Assembly (NCBI GenBank): GCA_024763215.1
Contig: JANTFX010000001.1
Location: forward strand, 27,816-91,815
Length of the DNA: 64,000 nucleotides
Reading direction: 5' to 3'
Source of the DNA: Candidatus Krumholzibacteriia bacterium
Lineage (GTDB): Bacteria; Krumholzibacteriota; Krumholzibacteriia; LZORAL124-64-63
Made by a program: the position numbers and the translations under genes. Below the pieces are notes generated by a model. That model had not been told where the DNA came from. It made no database searches and worked only from the letters and a program-made list of their open reading frames with translations. Of the stretch, positions 19,865 to 27,392 are shown piece by piece. The stretch's first letter is position 1, and each line of letters starts with the position of its first letter.

Positions 19865-20503
19865 ATGAGGGGCAGGACCTTGATCGTGGGGCTGGGGAAC
19901 CCGGGCCAGCAGTATGCCGCCACCAGGCACAACGTCGGTTTCCGGGTGGTCGACCGGATCGCCCGCCGGCTCGGGACCGAATTCGGGGCGCCCGGGTCCG
20001 GATACCGGCTCGCCACGGCATCTGACAGTGGCAGTCCCCTGGTCCTGATGAAGCCTCTGACCTACATGAACCGCAGCGGCGAGGCCGTGGCGGCGTGGCT
20101 GGAACAACAGGGGGTGCGGGCCGGTGATGCGGATCCTGAAGCCGGCGGACAGCCGGCGCCGGAGTTGCTGGTCGTGTGTGACGATCTGAATTTGCCCCTG
20201 GGCGCGTTGCGCCTGCGGCCGGGCGGGGGCGGCGGCGGCCAGAACGGCCTGGCCGACATCATCGCCGCCCTGGGCACGGAGGAATTTCCCCGCCTGCGGC
20301 TGGGCATCGCCCCGGTGAAGGGCCCCCTGGATCCGGCCCTGTGGGCCGATTTCGTGCTGTCGCCGTTCACCAGCGAGGAATCGCCGGCTGTGGACGACAT
20401 GGTGGAGCGGGCGGCGACCGCGGCGCTGGCCTGGTTCGAGCATGGCTGCGAATATGCCGCCTCGCGTTTCAACCGTCGTGGCGGCGTGCCACCCGAAGAA
20501 TAA
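19865..20503 (+). CDS. pth: Peptidyl-tRNA hydrolase
   Basis: Begins MRGRTLIVGLGNPGQQYAATRHNVGF. Catalytic His in HNVG; D in LVVCDDLNLPLG. The start was chosen at the second ATG, which has an upstream G-rich SD. The locus has a glycine insertion (RPGGGGGGQNG). Confidence 0.9.
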   Translation: MRGRTLIVGLGNPGQQYAATRHNVGFRVVDRIARRLGTEFGAPGSGYRLATASDSGSPLVLMKPLTYMNRSGEAVAAWLEQQGVRAGDADPEAGGQPAPELLVVCDDLNLPLGALRLRPGGGGGGQNGLADIIAALGTEEFPRLRLGIAPVKGPLDPALWADFVLSPFTSEESPAVDDMVERAATAALAWFEHGCEYAASRFNRRGGVPPEE

Positions 20504-20712
20504 TTTGCAGGAAAGGCCGACCTGCCGTATATTTTGCGGCCAGTCGCCGTGAGCTGCCCTCCGGGTATGCGCCACGGCCCGAAAACGCCATAACCCAGCT
20601 GCAAAGCTGAGTGATCGCATCCCTACCTGGGCCGACACCGGCGGCGGTCGTCAACCGGCCGTACCGGCGAAAAAGGGGCCTGGGTCGTTCTGTCCGAAGG
20701 GAGGTGAAACCA

Positions 20713-21075
20713 GTGAAAAAGTACGAACTCATATTCATCCTGCAGGCGGACCAGCCGGATTCCGAGATGGAGGCCCGCGTCCAGCGCGTGAAGGAGATCC
20801 TGGCCGACCATGAGGGCGAGATCACCCAGGAGAACCACTGGGGGGTACGCCGTCTGGCCTACGAGATCGAGCACGAGAACAAGGGGAACTATATGTTCCT
20901 GAAGTTCCGCAGCAAGGGCACGGCCGTCGAGGACCTCGACAAGTTCCTGCGTCTGGACGACAAGGTGCTGCGGCACCTGGTGGTCGTGGACGAGGAGTGG
21001 GACGAGCGGAACCGCAAGGCGCGCGCCAAGCGCAAGGTCGACGCGGCAGCCGAGGCCCCGGTGGCCGACCAGTAG
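20713..21075 (+). CDS. rpsF: 30S ribosomal protein S6 (GTG start)
   Basis: Begins VKKYELIFILQAD... RBS GGGAGG 10 nt upstream. Acidic C-terminal tail. Confidence 0.9.
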   Translation: MKKYELIFILQADQPDSEMEARVQRVKEILADHEGEITQENHWGVRRLAYEIEHENKGNYMFLKFRSKGTAVEDLDKFLRLDDKVLRHLVVVDEEWDERNRKARAKRKVDAAAEAPVADQ

Positions 21076-21137
21076 GATCACAGTAGGCATTCAACCGCCG
21101 GCCAGGCCCTCTGGCCTGCTGGCAAAAGGAGAATCCG

Positions 21138-21404
21138 GTGGCTCGTAAGAATCTTCGGATCAAGAAGAAGAAAAAGACAAGGCGGTTCGGCAAACAGAAA
21201 GCTTGCTTCTTCAGCAAGAACGGGATCGTCGCCATCGATTACAAGGATGAGGAGCTCCTGCGGCGTTTCATCACCGAGCGCGGCAAGATCGCACCGCGGC
21301 GGAACACCGGCACCAGCCCCCGATTCCAGCGGCCCCTGGCGACGGCGATCAAGAGGGCCCGGCATCTGGCCCTGCTGCCGTTCGTCAAGGAGTACTACCG
21401 CTAG
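21138..21404 (+). CDS. rpsR: 30S ribosomal protein S18 (GTG start)
   Basis: 88 aa. Contains [40 protein letters not shown]. Confidence 0.93.
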   Translation: MARKNLRIKKKKKTRRFGKQKACFFSKNGIVAIDYKDEELLRRFITERGKIAPRRNTGTSPRFQRPLATAIKRARHLALLPFVKEYYR

Positions 21405-21487
21405 TTTCGTTGCGGCGCTGGGTGGTCGCGAATCCGTGCTGCGGCGTTTGCCGGCAGGCGGAGTCGCCAACGGTGGGCAAGGTGGTC

Positions 21488-22486
21488 ATGGCTCGTTTCG
21501 GGAAGCTGCCTCTGGTCCTGGCAACGTTGATCAGCGTCATGGCGATCGTGGCGCTGCAAACCGCGTCCGTCGGGGGGGATGCTTCCCGGCAGACGGGCAG
21601 CCTGCTTGCGGTCCTGGCCTTGCCGTTGCCGTTGTTCCTGTCGGTGCTCTGGGGCTGGGCGATGCTGGCCCTGCAACCTCGGCGCTGGGTGCCCCTGGCC
21701 GCGGCGGTCGCCCTGGCGGCCGCGGGTCTGTGGGAGCACGGTCCCATGCTGTGGCAGGCTGCGTCCAACATGGCCGCGGGGCTGGTCGCAGGATGGGCTC
21801 TGCAGAAGCGACTGAGGCCCGATGCCGCCCTGGTCCTGTGCGCCGGGCTCCTGGTGCCCATGGTCGCGGTCGGTCTGCGGGAAATGCCCGTCAGCGACCA
21901 GATGGCCATGCTGCGGCAGGATATGTCTTCCATGATGGAAGCCAGGGTACCGGCTGCGGCGGACGAGGCTCAGCGCGAAAAAGCGCTGGCCCTGGAGATG
22001 AAAAAGTTCGATGCCGCCCTGCATGCGGCGGCCAAGGTGTATCCGCTGATGATGGCCCTGGGGCTATTGACCCAGGCGGCCCTGATCCTGGGGCTGGTCT
22101 GGTTCAGCGCCAGGTTGACCGGCGGGCTCACGCAGGGGTGGAAGTTCGGATCCTTTTCCCGCCTGAGGTTGCCGTTCTATACGGTCTGGTTGCTGATCGC
22201 GGGGTTGGGTCTGCTGCTGACCAGGGCCGAGCCCCTGCTGTCGGTGGGGTTGAATCTGGCCTTGCTGGCGGCCCTGGTCCTCAGCGTGCAGGGAGTCGCG
22301 GTGCAGGTGGCGGTGATGGGCCGCATGCTTTCACCTCTGGGTAGGTTTTTGTTCTGGTTCGTGATGGGTGTGTTCTTCGCCCCCCTGGTGCTCGCCAGCG
22401 GTGTTCTACTGGGGCTTGCGGACCAATGGCTCGATTTCCGGGGGTTAGACCGCCCGGTGATCGATGATGATGAAAAGGTGGTTTGA
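21488..22486 (+). CDS. YybS-like DUF2232 integral membrane protein
   Basis: A polytopic membrane protein sitting between rpsR and rplI, as in the Firmicutes rpsR-yybS-gdpP-rplI arrangement. The upstream ATG at 21410 is an alternative start. Confidence 0.6.
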   Translation: MARFGKLPLVLATLISVMAIVALQTASVGGDASRQTGSLLAVLALPLPLFLSVLWGWAMLALQPRRWVPLAAAVALAAAGLWEHGPMLWQAASNMAAGLVAGWALQKRLRPDAALVLCAGLLVPMVAVGLREMPVSDQMAMLRQDMSSMMEARVPAAADEAQREKALALEMKKFDAALHAAAKVYPLMMALGLLTQAALILGLVWFSARLTGGLTQGWKFGSFSRLRLPFYTVWLLIAGLGLLLTRAEPLLSVGLNLALLAALVLSVQGVAVQVAVMGRMLSPLGRFLFWFVMGVFFAPLVLASGVLLGLADQWLDFRGLDRPVIDDDEKVV

Positions 22487-22487
22487 G

Positions 22488-22931
22488 ATGGACGTGATTC
22501 TGATGCAGGATGTGGATGATCTCGGGCAGATGGGCCAGACCGTAGCGGTTAGCCGTGGCTACGCCCGCAACTACCTGTTGCCCCAGGGGTTGGCCCTGGC
22601 TGCCACGCCCGGAAACAAGAACGTTGTCCAGGAGCACATGAAGCTCGAGCGCAAGCGGGACGACCTGCGCAAGGCCGGGGCTCTGGAGCGCGCCGGCGAG
22701 CTGGGCGAGCTGTCCTGCACCATCAGCGTGCAGGCCGGAGACGATGACAAGCTGTTCGGTTCGGTGACCGCCCGCAACATCGTCGAAGCCCTGGCCAAGG
22801 AGAACGTCGAGCTGGATCACAAGCAGATCGTGCTGGACGAGCCCATCAAGCAGCTCGGGGTCTACTCGGTGCCGGTGCGGCTGCACCCCGAGGTGGAGAT
22901 CACGGCCAAGGTCTGGGTCGTCAAGAGCTGA
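22488..22931 (+). CDS. rplI: 50S ribosomal protein L9
   Basis: Start at ATG 22488. Begins MDVILMQDVDDLGQMGQTVAVSRGYARNYLLPQG. 147 aa. Confidence 0.93.
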   Translation: MDVILMQDVDDLGQMGQTVAVSRGYARNYLLPQGLALAATPGNKNVVQEHMKLERKRDDLRKAGALERAGELGELSCTISVQAGDDDKLFGSVTARNIVEALAKENVELDHKQIVLDEPIKQLGVYSVPVRLHPEVEITAKVWVVKS

Positions 22932-23110
22932 GCGGCCACACTGGCCTCGGCTCCGGCCCCTGCCGCGGCGGCCGGCTGCCGAGATCCGCTGGAACCTGCG
23001 CGGGGTTCCGGGTGTTGGATCCGGGCTCGGAGTACCTTCCATGGTGGCGGTGGTCCCTGCCCCCGCCTCGAGTGATGATATGAGGCCTGGAAACCCAAGG
23101 AGTAGCTGAC

Positions 23111-24346
23111 ATGCCCAGATTTTCCCGCTTGTTGACCCTCGTGGCCTTCATGGCCGCCCTCGCGATCTGTGCCGGGTGCGGTGATAAGGGGGCTGGCAGC
23201 CCGCGCGATAAATTCCTTCCCCTGTTCGGGGATGGCTCCCATGACACCACGCCGGTGATCGCCCGGGTGGGGGATATCGAGATCACGGACATGGATCTGG
23301 ACCTGTACCTGGATGAATTGCCCAATGCCCAGCGGGACAAGTACAAGGGGCCGGACGGCCGTCGCCTCGCCTTGAAGAGGATGGTGGACCAGGCGGTCAT
23401 GGCTCTGGGAGCCATCGACGAGGAACTCTACCGGGATCAGGATGTGGCCCGTGCTCTCATCTCACTGCGGCGCAACACCCTGGATAGCGCCATGCGCAAC
23501 TACGGGCTCTTGCGGGGCCAGCAGCCGGACGAGGAAGCTGTGCGGAAGTTCTTCCAGGACAACCGCGACAAGTACCGCGAACTGGGTCTCGTGAGGGCCA
23601 GGGATGTGGTGACCTTGACGAAAGAGGACGCCGACGAGGCCTACCGGCGGTTGCAGGCCGGGGGCAGGGGCAACGATTTCGCCCACGTGGTCAAGGATCT
23701 GTGCGTCAACCAGGATGTCAAGGACAAGGACGGGGAGATCGGCTGGTTCAACAAGGGCGGCTTCGTCCCCTTCATCCGCAATGCCAAGGTTTTTTCCAGC
23801 AAGGCCTACGACCTGAAGGACGGCTTGAACCCGCCGTTCAAGGTCTCGGATCGCTGGCATGTTGTGGAAATTCTCCAGCGTCAGCCCGAACGCCCCATGA
23901 CCTTCGCCGAGGCGCACGACAAGGCGCTCCAGGAAATGTTGCCGGGCTATCAGGACGCCATCATCAAGGATTACCTCCTGTCCGCCCGCTCCAAATACGA
24001 TGTGCAGATGTTGGGGGAATACGCCCCCGGCAAGGGCATGACCGCCGACGAGATCTTCGCCCGGGCCATGGCCCTGAAAGATCCCCAGCAAAGGATCGAC
24101 CTCTTCACGCTGATCCATACTGATTATCCCCGGAGCGACCGGGCCGATGACGCCCTGTTCATGGCCGCCCAGGTGGCCATCGAGCAGTGGGAGGACGTCA
24201 GGATCGCGGGCCGTTACCTCAAGATGCTGATCGGCGAATATCCTGACAGTGAACTCATTGACGATGCCACTTACTTGCGGGACAATCTCTACAATCCCGA
24301 GGTGATACGCCGCCTGAAGGGCGGGGGGCCCGTCCAGAGCCAGTAG
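23111..24346 (+). CDS. Parvulin-type peptidyl-prolyl isomerase lipoprotein (SurA/PrsA/PpiD-like)
   Basis: Signal peptide with a lipobox (LAICAGC). A central PPIC/rotamase domain (GEIGWFNKGGFVPFIRNAKVFSS...VSDRWHVVEIL) flanked by SurA-like helical regions. Confidence 0.8.
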   Translation: MPRFSRLLTLVAFMAALAICAGCGDKGAGSPRDKFLPLFGDGSHDTTPVIARVGDIEITDMDLDLYLDELPNAQRDKYKGPDGRRLALKRMVDQAVMALGAIDEELYRDQDVARALISLRRNTLDSAMRNYGLLRGQQPDEEAVRKFFQDNRDKYRELGLVRARDVVTLTKEDADEAYRRLQAGGRGNDFAHVVKDLCVNQDVKDKDGEIGWFNKGGFVPFIRNAKVFSSKAYDLKDGLNPPFKVSDRWHVVEILQRQPERPMTFAEAHDKALQEMLPGYQDAIIKDYLLSARSKYDVQMLGEYAPGKGMTADEIFARAMALKDPQQRIDLFTLIHTDYPRSDRADDALFMAAQVAIEQWEDVRIAGRYLKMLIGEYPDSELIDDATYLRDNLYNPEVIRRLKGGGPVQSQ

Positions 24347-24360
24347 GAAAGGTCAGGGGT

Positions 24361-24801
24361 ATGCGCTGGATTAAGGTTTTGCTGCCTTGGCTGGCCGCGG
24401 TGGCGGTCTGCGGTGCCGCGAACGCAGGGGCGGCAGCGCAGCAGCAGGCCGCCTCGCCGGTGAGGGCCGACGTCGCGGTGGGCCGTGACGTGGACCGTGC
24501 AGCCAGGACCCTGGTGGCTACAGCCGAGGAATTTCCCGCCGATGTGGGCCGTGTCTTTTGCCTGGCCCGGGTCGTCGGCGCTTCGGCTCCCGCCGAGGTG
24601 ACGTTCGCCTGGTATCGCGACGGCAAGACCATGGCCCGTGTGACCCTGCCCGTGCGTTCGGCGGATTTCCGCACCTGGTCCTCCAAGCGTATCATGCCCG
24701 CCTGGACCGGAACCTGGGAGGTGAAGGTCCTCGATGCCAAGGGGCAGGTCCTGGGAGAGACCTCTTTCGCGGTCGGCGAGGGGGGAGCGGGTGCTGACTA
24801 G
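24361..24801 (+). CDS. Small secreted hypothetical protein
   Basis: Signal peptide MRWIKVLLPWLAAVAVCGAANA. 146 aa. No recognisable catalytic motif. Confidence 0.55.
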   Translation: MRWIKVLLPWLAAVAVCGAANAGAAAQQQAASPVRADVAVGRDVDRAARTLVATAEEFPADVGRVFCLARVVGASAPAEVTFAWYRDGKTMARVTLPVRSADFRTWSSKRIMPAWTGTWEVKVLDAKGQVLGETSFAVGEGGAGAD

Positions 24802-26665
24802 CCGGCCCCACCGCAACCGACTGCTGCTGGCGCTGACGTGCCTGGCGGGGATCCAGCTGGCGCTGGCCGGTGGCTGCGCCATGACCGGCGGCCGGCACGA
24901 GCCTGATGCCAAACCGCTGGCCGGCTCCGACCATGAACAGGCTTCCCGCCTGCTGGAGCAGGTTCTCCGGTACCAAACCCAGGGGCAATGGCGCCAGGTG
25001 GTCAAGACCACAGGGGTCATGCTGGATTACCACCGGGATGATCCTTCTTGTGCCCAGGCCCTGGCGGCCGCTGTCCCGGCCGCCCTCAAGACGGGAGACA
25101 GCACGGCCGCCCTGGGGCTTGCCCGGATCTACCTGGCCGAGTTCCCATCCGATGCCCGGCTCGTCCCCACCCTGCTCGATGCGGTGTCCGTTTCAGCTGC
25201 CGCCGCCGATTCCCTCGCGGCAGCCGAATTTCAGCTGATGGCTTTCACGGCCGATCCGGAAGCGGTCATGCCCTCCGCTTCGGTTCCTGCTCCGCTGACC
25301 ATGCTGGATGCCCTGGATCCCATCCAGTTGGGGCGCCTGGCCGATCTCTTCCCCGGACAGGCGACCGCTACCCTGCTGGGGTACCACCGCGTGCGGGCCT
25401 TGTTGCGGTCCGGTGTTGCCGCGCAGGCCCGGGAAGTGGCCGCCGCTCTGGCCGCGGATGCGCCGGACGATCCGTGGGCAGCCGGGGCCCTGGACCTGGC
25501 CTCGGGAAGCAGCGGCCAGGCGTTCGCCCGGCCCGCCATCCTGGGCCTCCTGGCTCCCTTGTCCGGGCGCTATGCGGGCTTCGGCCTGGCCATGCAGGAG
25601 GCCGCCCACCTGGCCCTCAAGGATGCCGGCGCACCGGGTGATTCCACGTGGGCCCTCGAGGTGAAAGATACCAGCGGCGATCCCGTGGCCGCGGCCAAGG
25701 TCGCCCGGGCCCTCTGCGCCAGGCCGGAGGTCGGTGTTCTGGTCGGGGCTCTCAGGACCGGGACCACCGTCGCCGCGGCTCTGGTGGCCGACCAGGCGGG
25801 TGTGCCGCTGGTTTCGCCGACCGCGACCAACGAACAGATCGAAAGCCTGGGGGCCGCGGTTTTTCAGACCAACATGAACGACACGCGGGAAATCCGTCAG
25901 CTGGCCGAGCTCGCCGTCAGGATCCTGGACAAGAAGCGCGCGGCCATCCTCGGTCCCGACACCCCCAACGGCCATCACCTGGCCGGGCTGTTCCGTGAGC
26001 AGGTGGAGGCCCAGGGCGGTGAGGTCGTCGCCCAGGCCTATTTCCCGCCCGCGGTCACCGATTTTCGCGCCCAGATCCTGATGGTCAAGGCGACCCGGCC
26101 TGAAGTGGTGTACGTGCCGGCCTCCTTCGAGCAGATGGCCTTGCTGGGGCCTCAGCTCGATTTCTACCACCTGGCCTCCCTGGTTCTGGGGTCCAGTTCC
26201 TGGAGCATGGCCCGCCCCACGGCGCAGCAGACAGGCAGCCTGGAAGGGACCATTTTCCCCGACGCCCAGGCCCGCTTCCCCGCGGCCTGGACTGCGAGTT
26301 TCCAGGCTCACTGGGATGCGGCGGCTTTCGCAGCGGACCAGACGGCCGTGGCGAGGTCGACCTATCTTGCGGTCAGGAAAGTGATCAACGCGGGCGTTGG
26401 CATGGACGGCCATAGCCGGCCAGCCCTGTGCGCGGCCCTGAGGCGTCCATTCAAGAGCGGCTCGCAGGCTGTGGCCGACACCCTGTCTCCGGTTGCTGCG
26501 GCCACAGGACTGCTGCTGGTCAGATCAGGCCAGACCATGGCGTTTCCTGGGAAACTGTTCACCGAAGCCCTGGCCGCCGGCCAGCCCGCCGGCGCGGCCG
26601 GTGCCGATTCCACCGGGGCGGTCATGGGCCCGGTGCCGGTGCCTGCTCCCGGTCGGAAGCGCTGA
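24734..26665 (+). CDS. LpoA/LppC-like lipoprotein: an N-terminal TPR-like helical domain plus a C-terminal periplasmic-binding-protein (PBP type 1) fold
   Basis: Lipoprotein signal RLLLALTCLAGIQLALAGGCA; the real start is probably GTG near 24790. The C-terminal block ILGLLAPLSGRYAGFGLAMQEAAHLA...VLVGALRTGTTVAAA...VPLVSPTAT resembles LppC/LivK-type binding domains. Confidence 0.5.
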   Translation: MPRGRSWERPLSRSARGERVLTSRPHRNRLLLALTCLAGIQLALAGGCAMTGGRHEPDAKPLAGSDHEQASRLLEQVLRYQTQGQWRQVVKTTGVMLDYHRDDPSCAQALAAAVPAALKTGDSTAALGLARIYLAEFPSDARLVPTLLDAVSVSAAAADSLAAAEFQLMAFTADPEAVMPSASVPAPLTMLDALDPIQLGRLADLFPGQATATLLGYHRVRALLRSGVAAQAREVAAALAADAPDDPWAAGALDLASGSSGQAFARPAILGLLAPLSGRYAGFGLAMQEAAHLALKDAGAPGDSTWALEVKDTSGDPVAAAKVARALCARPEVGVLVGALRTGTTVAAALVADQAGVPLVSPTATNEQIESLGAAVFQTNMNDTREIRQLAELAVRILDKKRAAILGPDTPNGHHLAGLFREQVEAQGGEVVAQAYFPPAVTDFRAQILMVKATRPEVVYVPASFEQMALLGPQLDFYHLASLVLGSSSWSMARPTAQQTGSLEGTIFPDAQARFPAAWTASFQAHWDAAAFAADQTAVARSTYLAVRKVINAGVGMDGHSRPALCAALRRPFKSGSQAVADTLSPVAAATGLLLVRSGQTMAFPGKLFTEALAAGQPAGAAGADSTGAVMGPVPVPAPGRKR

Positions 26666-27392
26666 AATAGGGGCTCTTGAAGTTCCACGTCATCTCGATC
26701 CAACGGCCCTGTCCTGGGTCCACCCGCCAACCGAATTTCCACTGCTCCAGAGCCGCCAGCACTTCCCTGCTGAAGGCAGGGCCTCCGTTGGTGGCCAGAA
26801 TCATCTTTTCCAGAACCGATCCGTCGGGTCCGACGAAGATGGCGGCCCTGACGAAGATGATCGGTTGCCGGCGTTCGGTCTCGCTGGTCTGCAAGGGGTA
26901 TTCCGGACGAACCTGTTTGAGGATGTACCAGTCCGGGTTGCTCTGGCTGGGGAGCTTCAGCTCGGCCTGGTTCCTCGCGGCCTGTTCAGCCTTGGGGTCG
27001 ATCTGCTGGGCCGTTTCCAGGACGGGTTTCGGCTGCATCTTCTTGGGTACGGGGACGGCCTCCTCGGCTTCGGGCCGGGGACGTTCGTGTTCCGGCTCGA
27101 AGTAGGAGGGTGGAGGCGGCTTCTGCAGGGATTTCGGCAGCTGGTGCCTGGTGTCGCTCCCATTGTCGATGGAGACCTCCGGCATGATCTTCAACTCGCC
27201 GGGTTTGCCGTAATTCTCGAACCGTCGTTTCACACTCTGCTGGTCGGGCCCGAGCCAGGCGAGCAGGGCGAGGATGACCACGGCCACCACGGCCGCCACG
27301 GCCAGCCGCCTGGTGCTGCGGCCTTTGAAAGCGGCCTGGGCGGCGGTCGTGTAGGCCGGTCTGCGCTGCTGGCCTGAGGGGCGTTTATTCAA
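26622..27392 (-). CDS. TonB-family energy transducer (C-terminal TonB domain)
   Basis: An N-terminal TM anchor, a Pro-rich linker (PPPPSYFEPEHERPRPEAEE) and a C-terminal TonB fold (IIFVRAAIFVGPDGSV...ALEQWKF). Its 3' end overlaps the convergent upstream gene by about 44 bp. Confidence 0.75.
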   Translation of the reverse strand: MNKRPSGQQRRPAYTTAAQAAFKGRSTRRLAVAAVVAVVILALLAWLGPDQQSVKRRFENYGKPGELKIMPEVSIDNGSDTRHQLPKSLQKPPPPSYFEPEHERPRPEAEEAVPVPKKMQPKPVLETAQQIDPKAEQAARNQAELKLPSQSNPDWYILKQVRPEYPLQTSETERRQPIIFVRAAIFVGPDGSVLEKMILATNGGPAFSREVLAALEQWKFGWRVDPGQGRWIEMTWNFKSPYFSASDREQAPAPGP

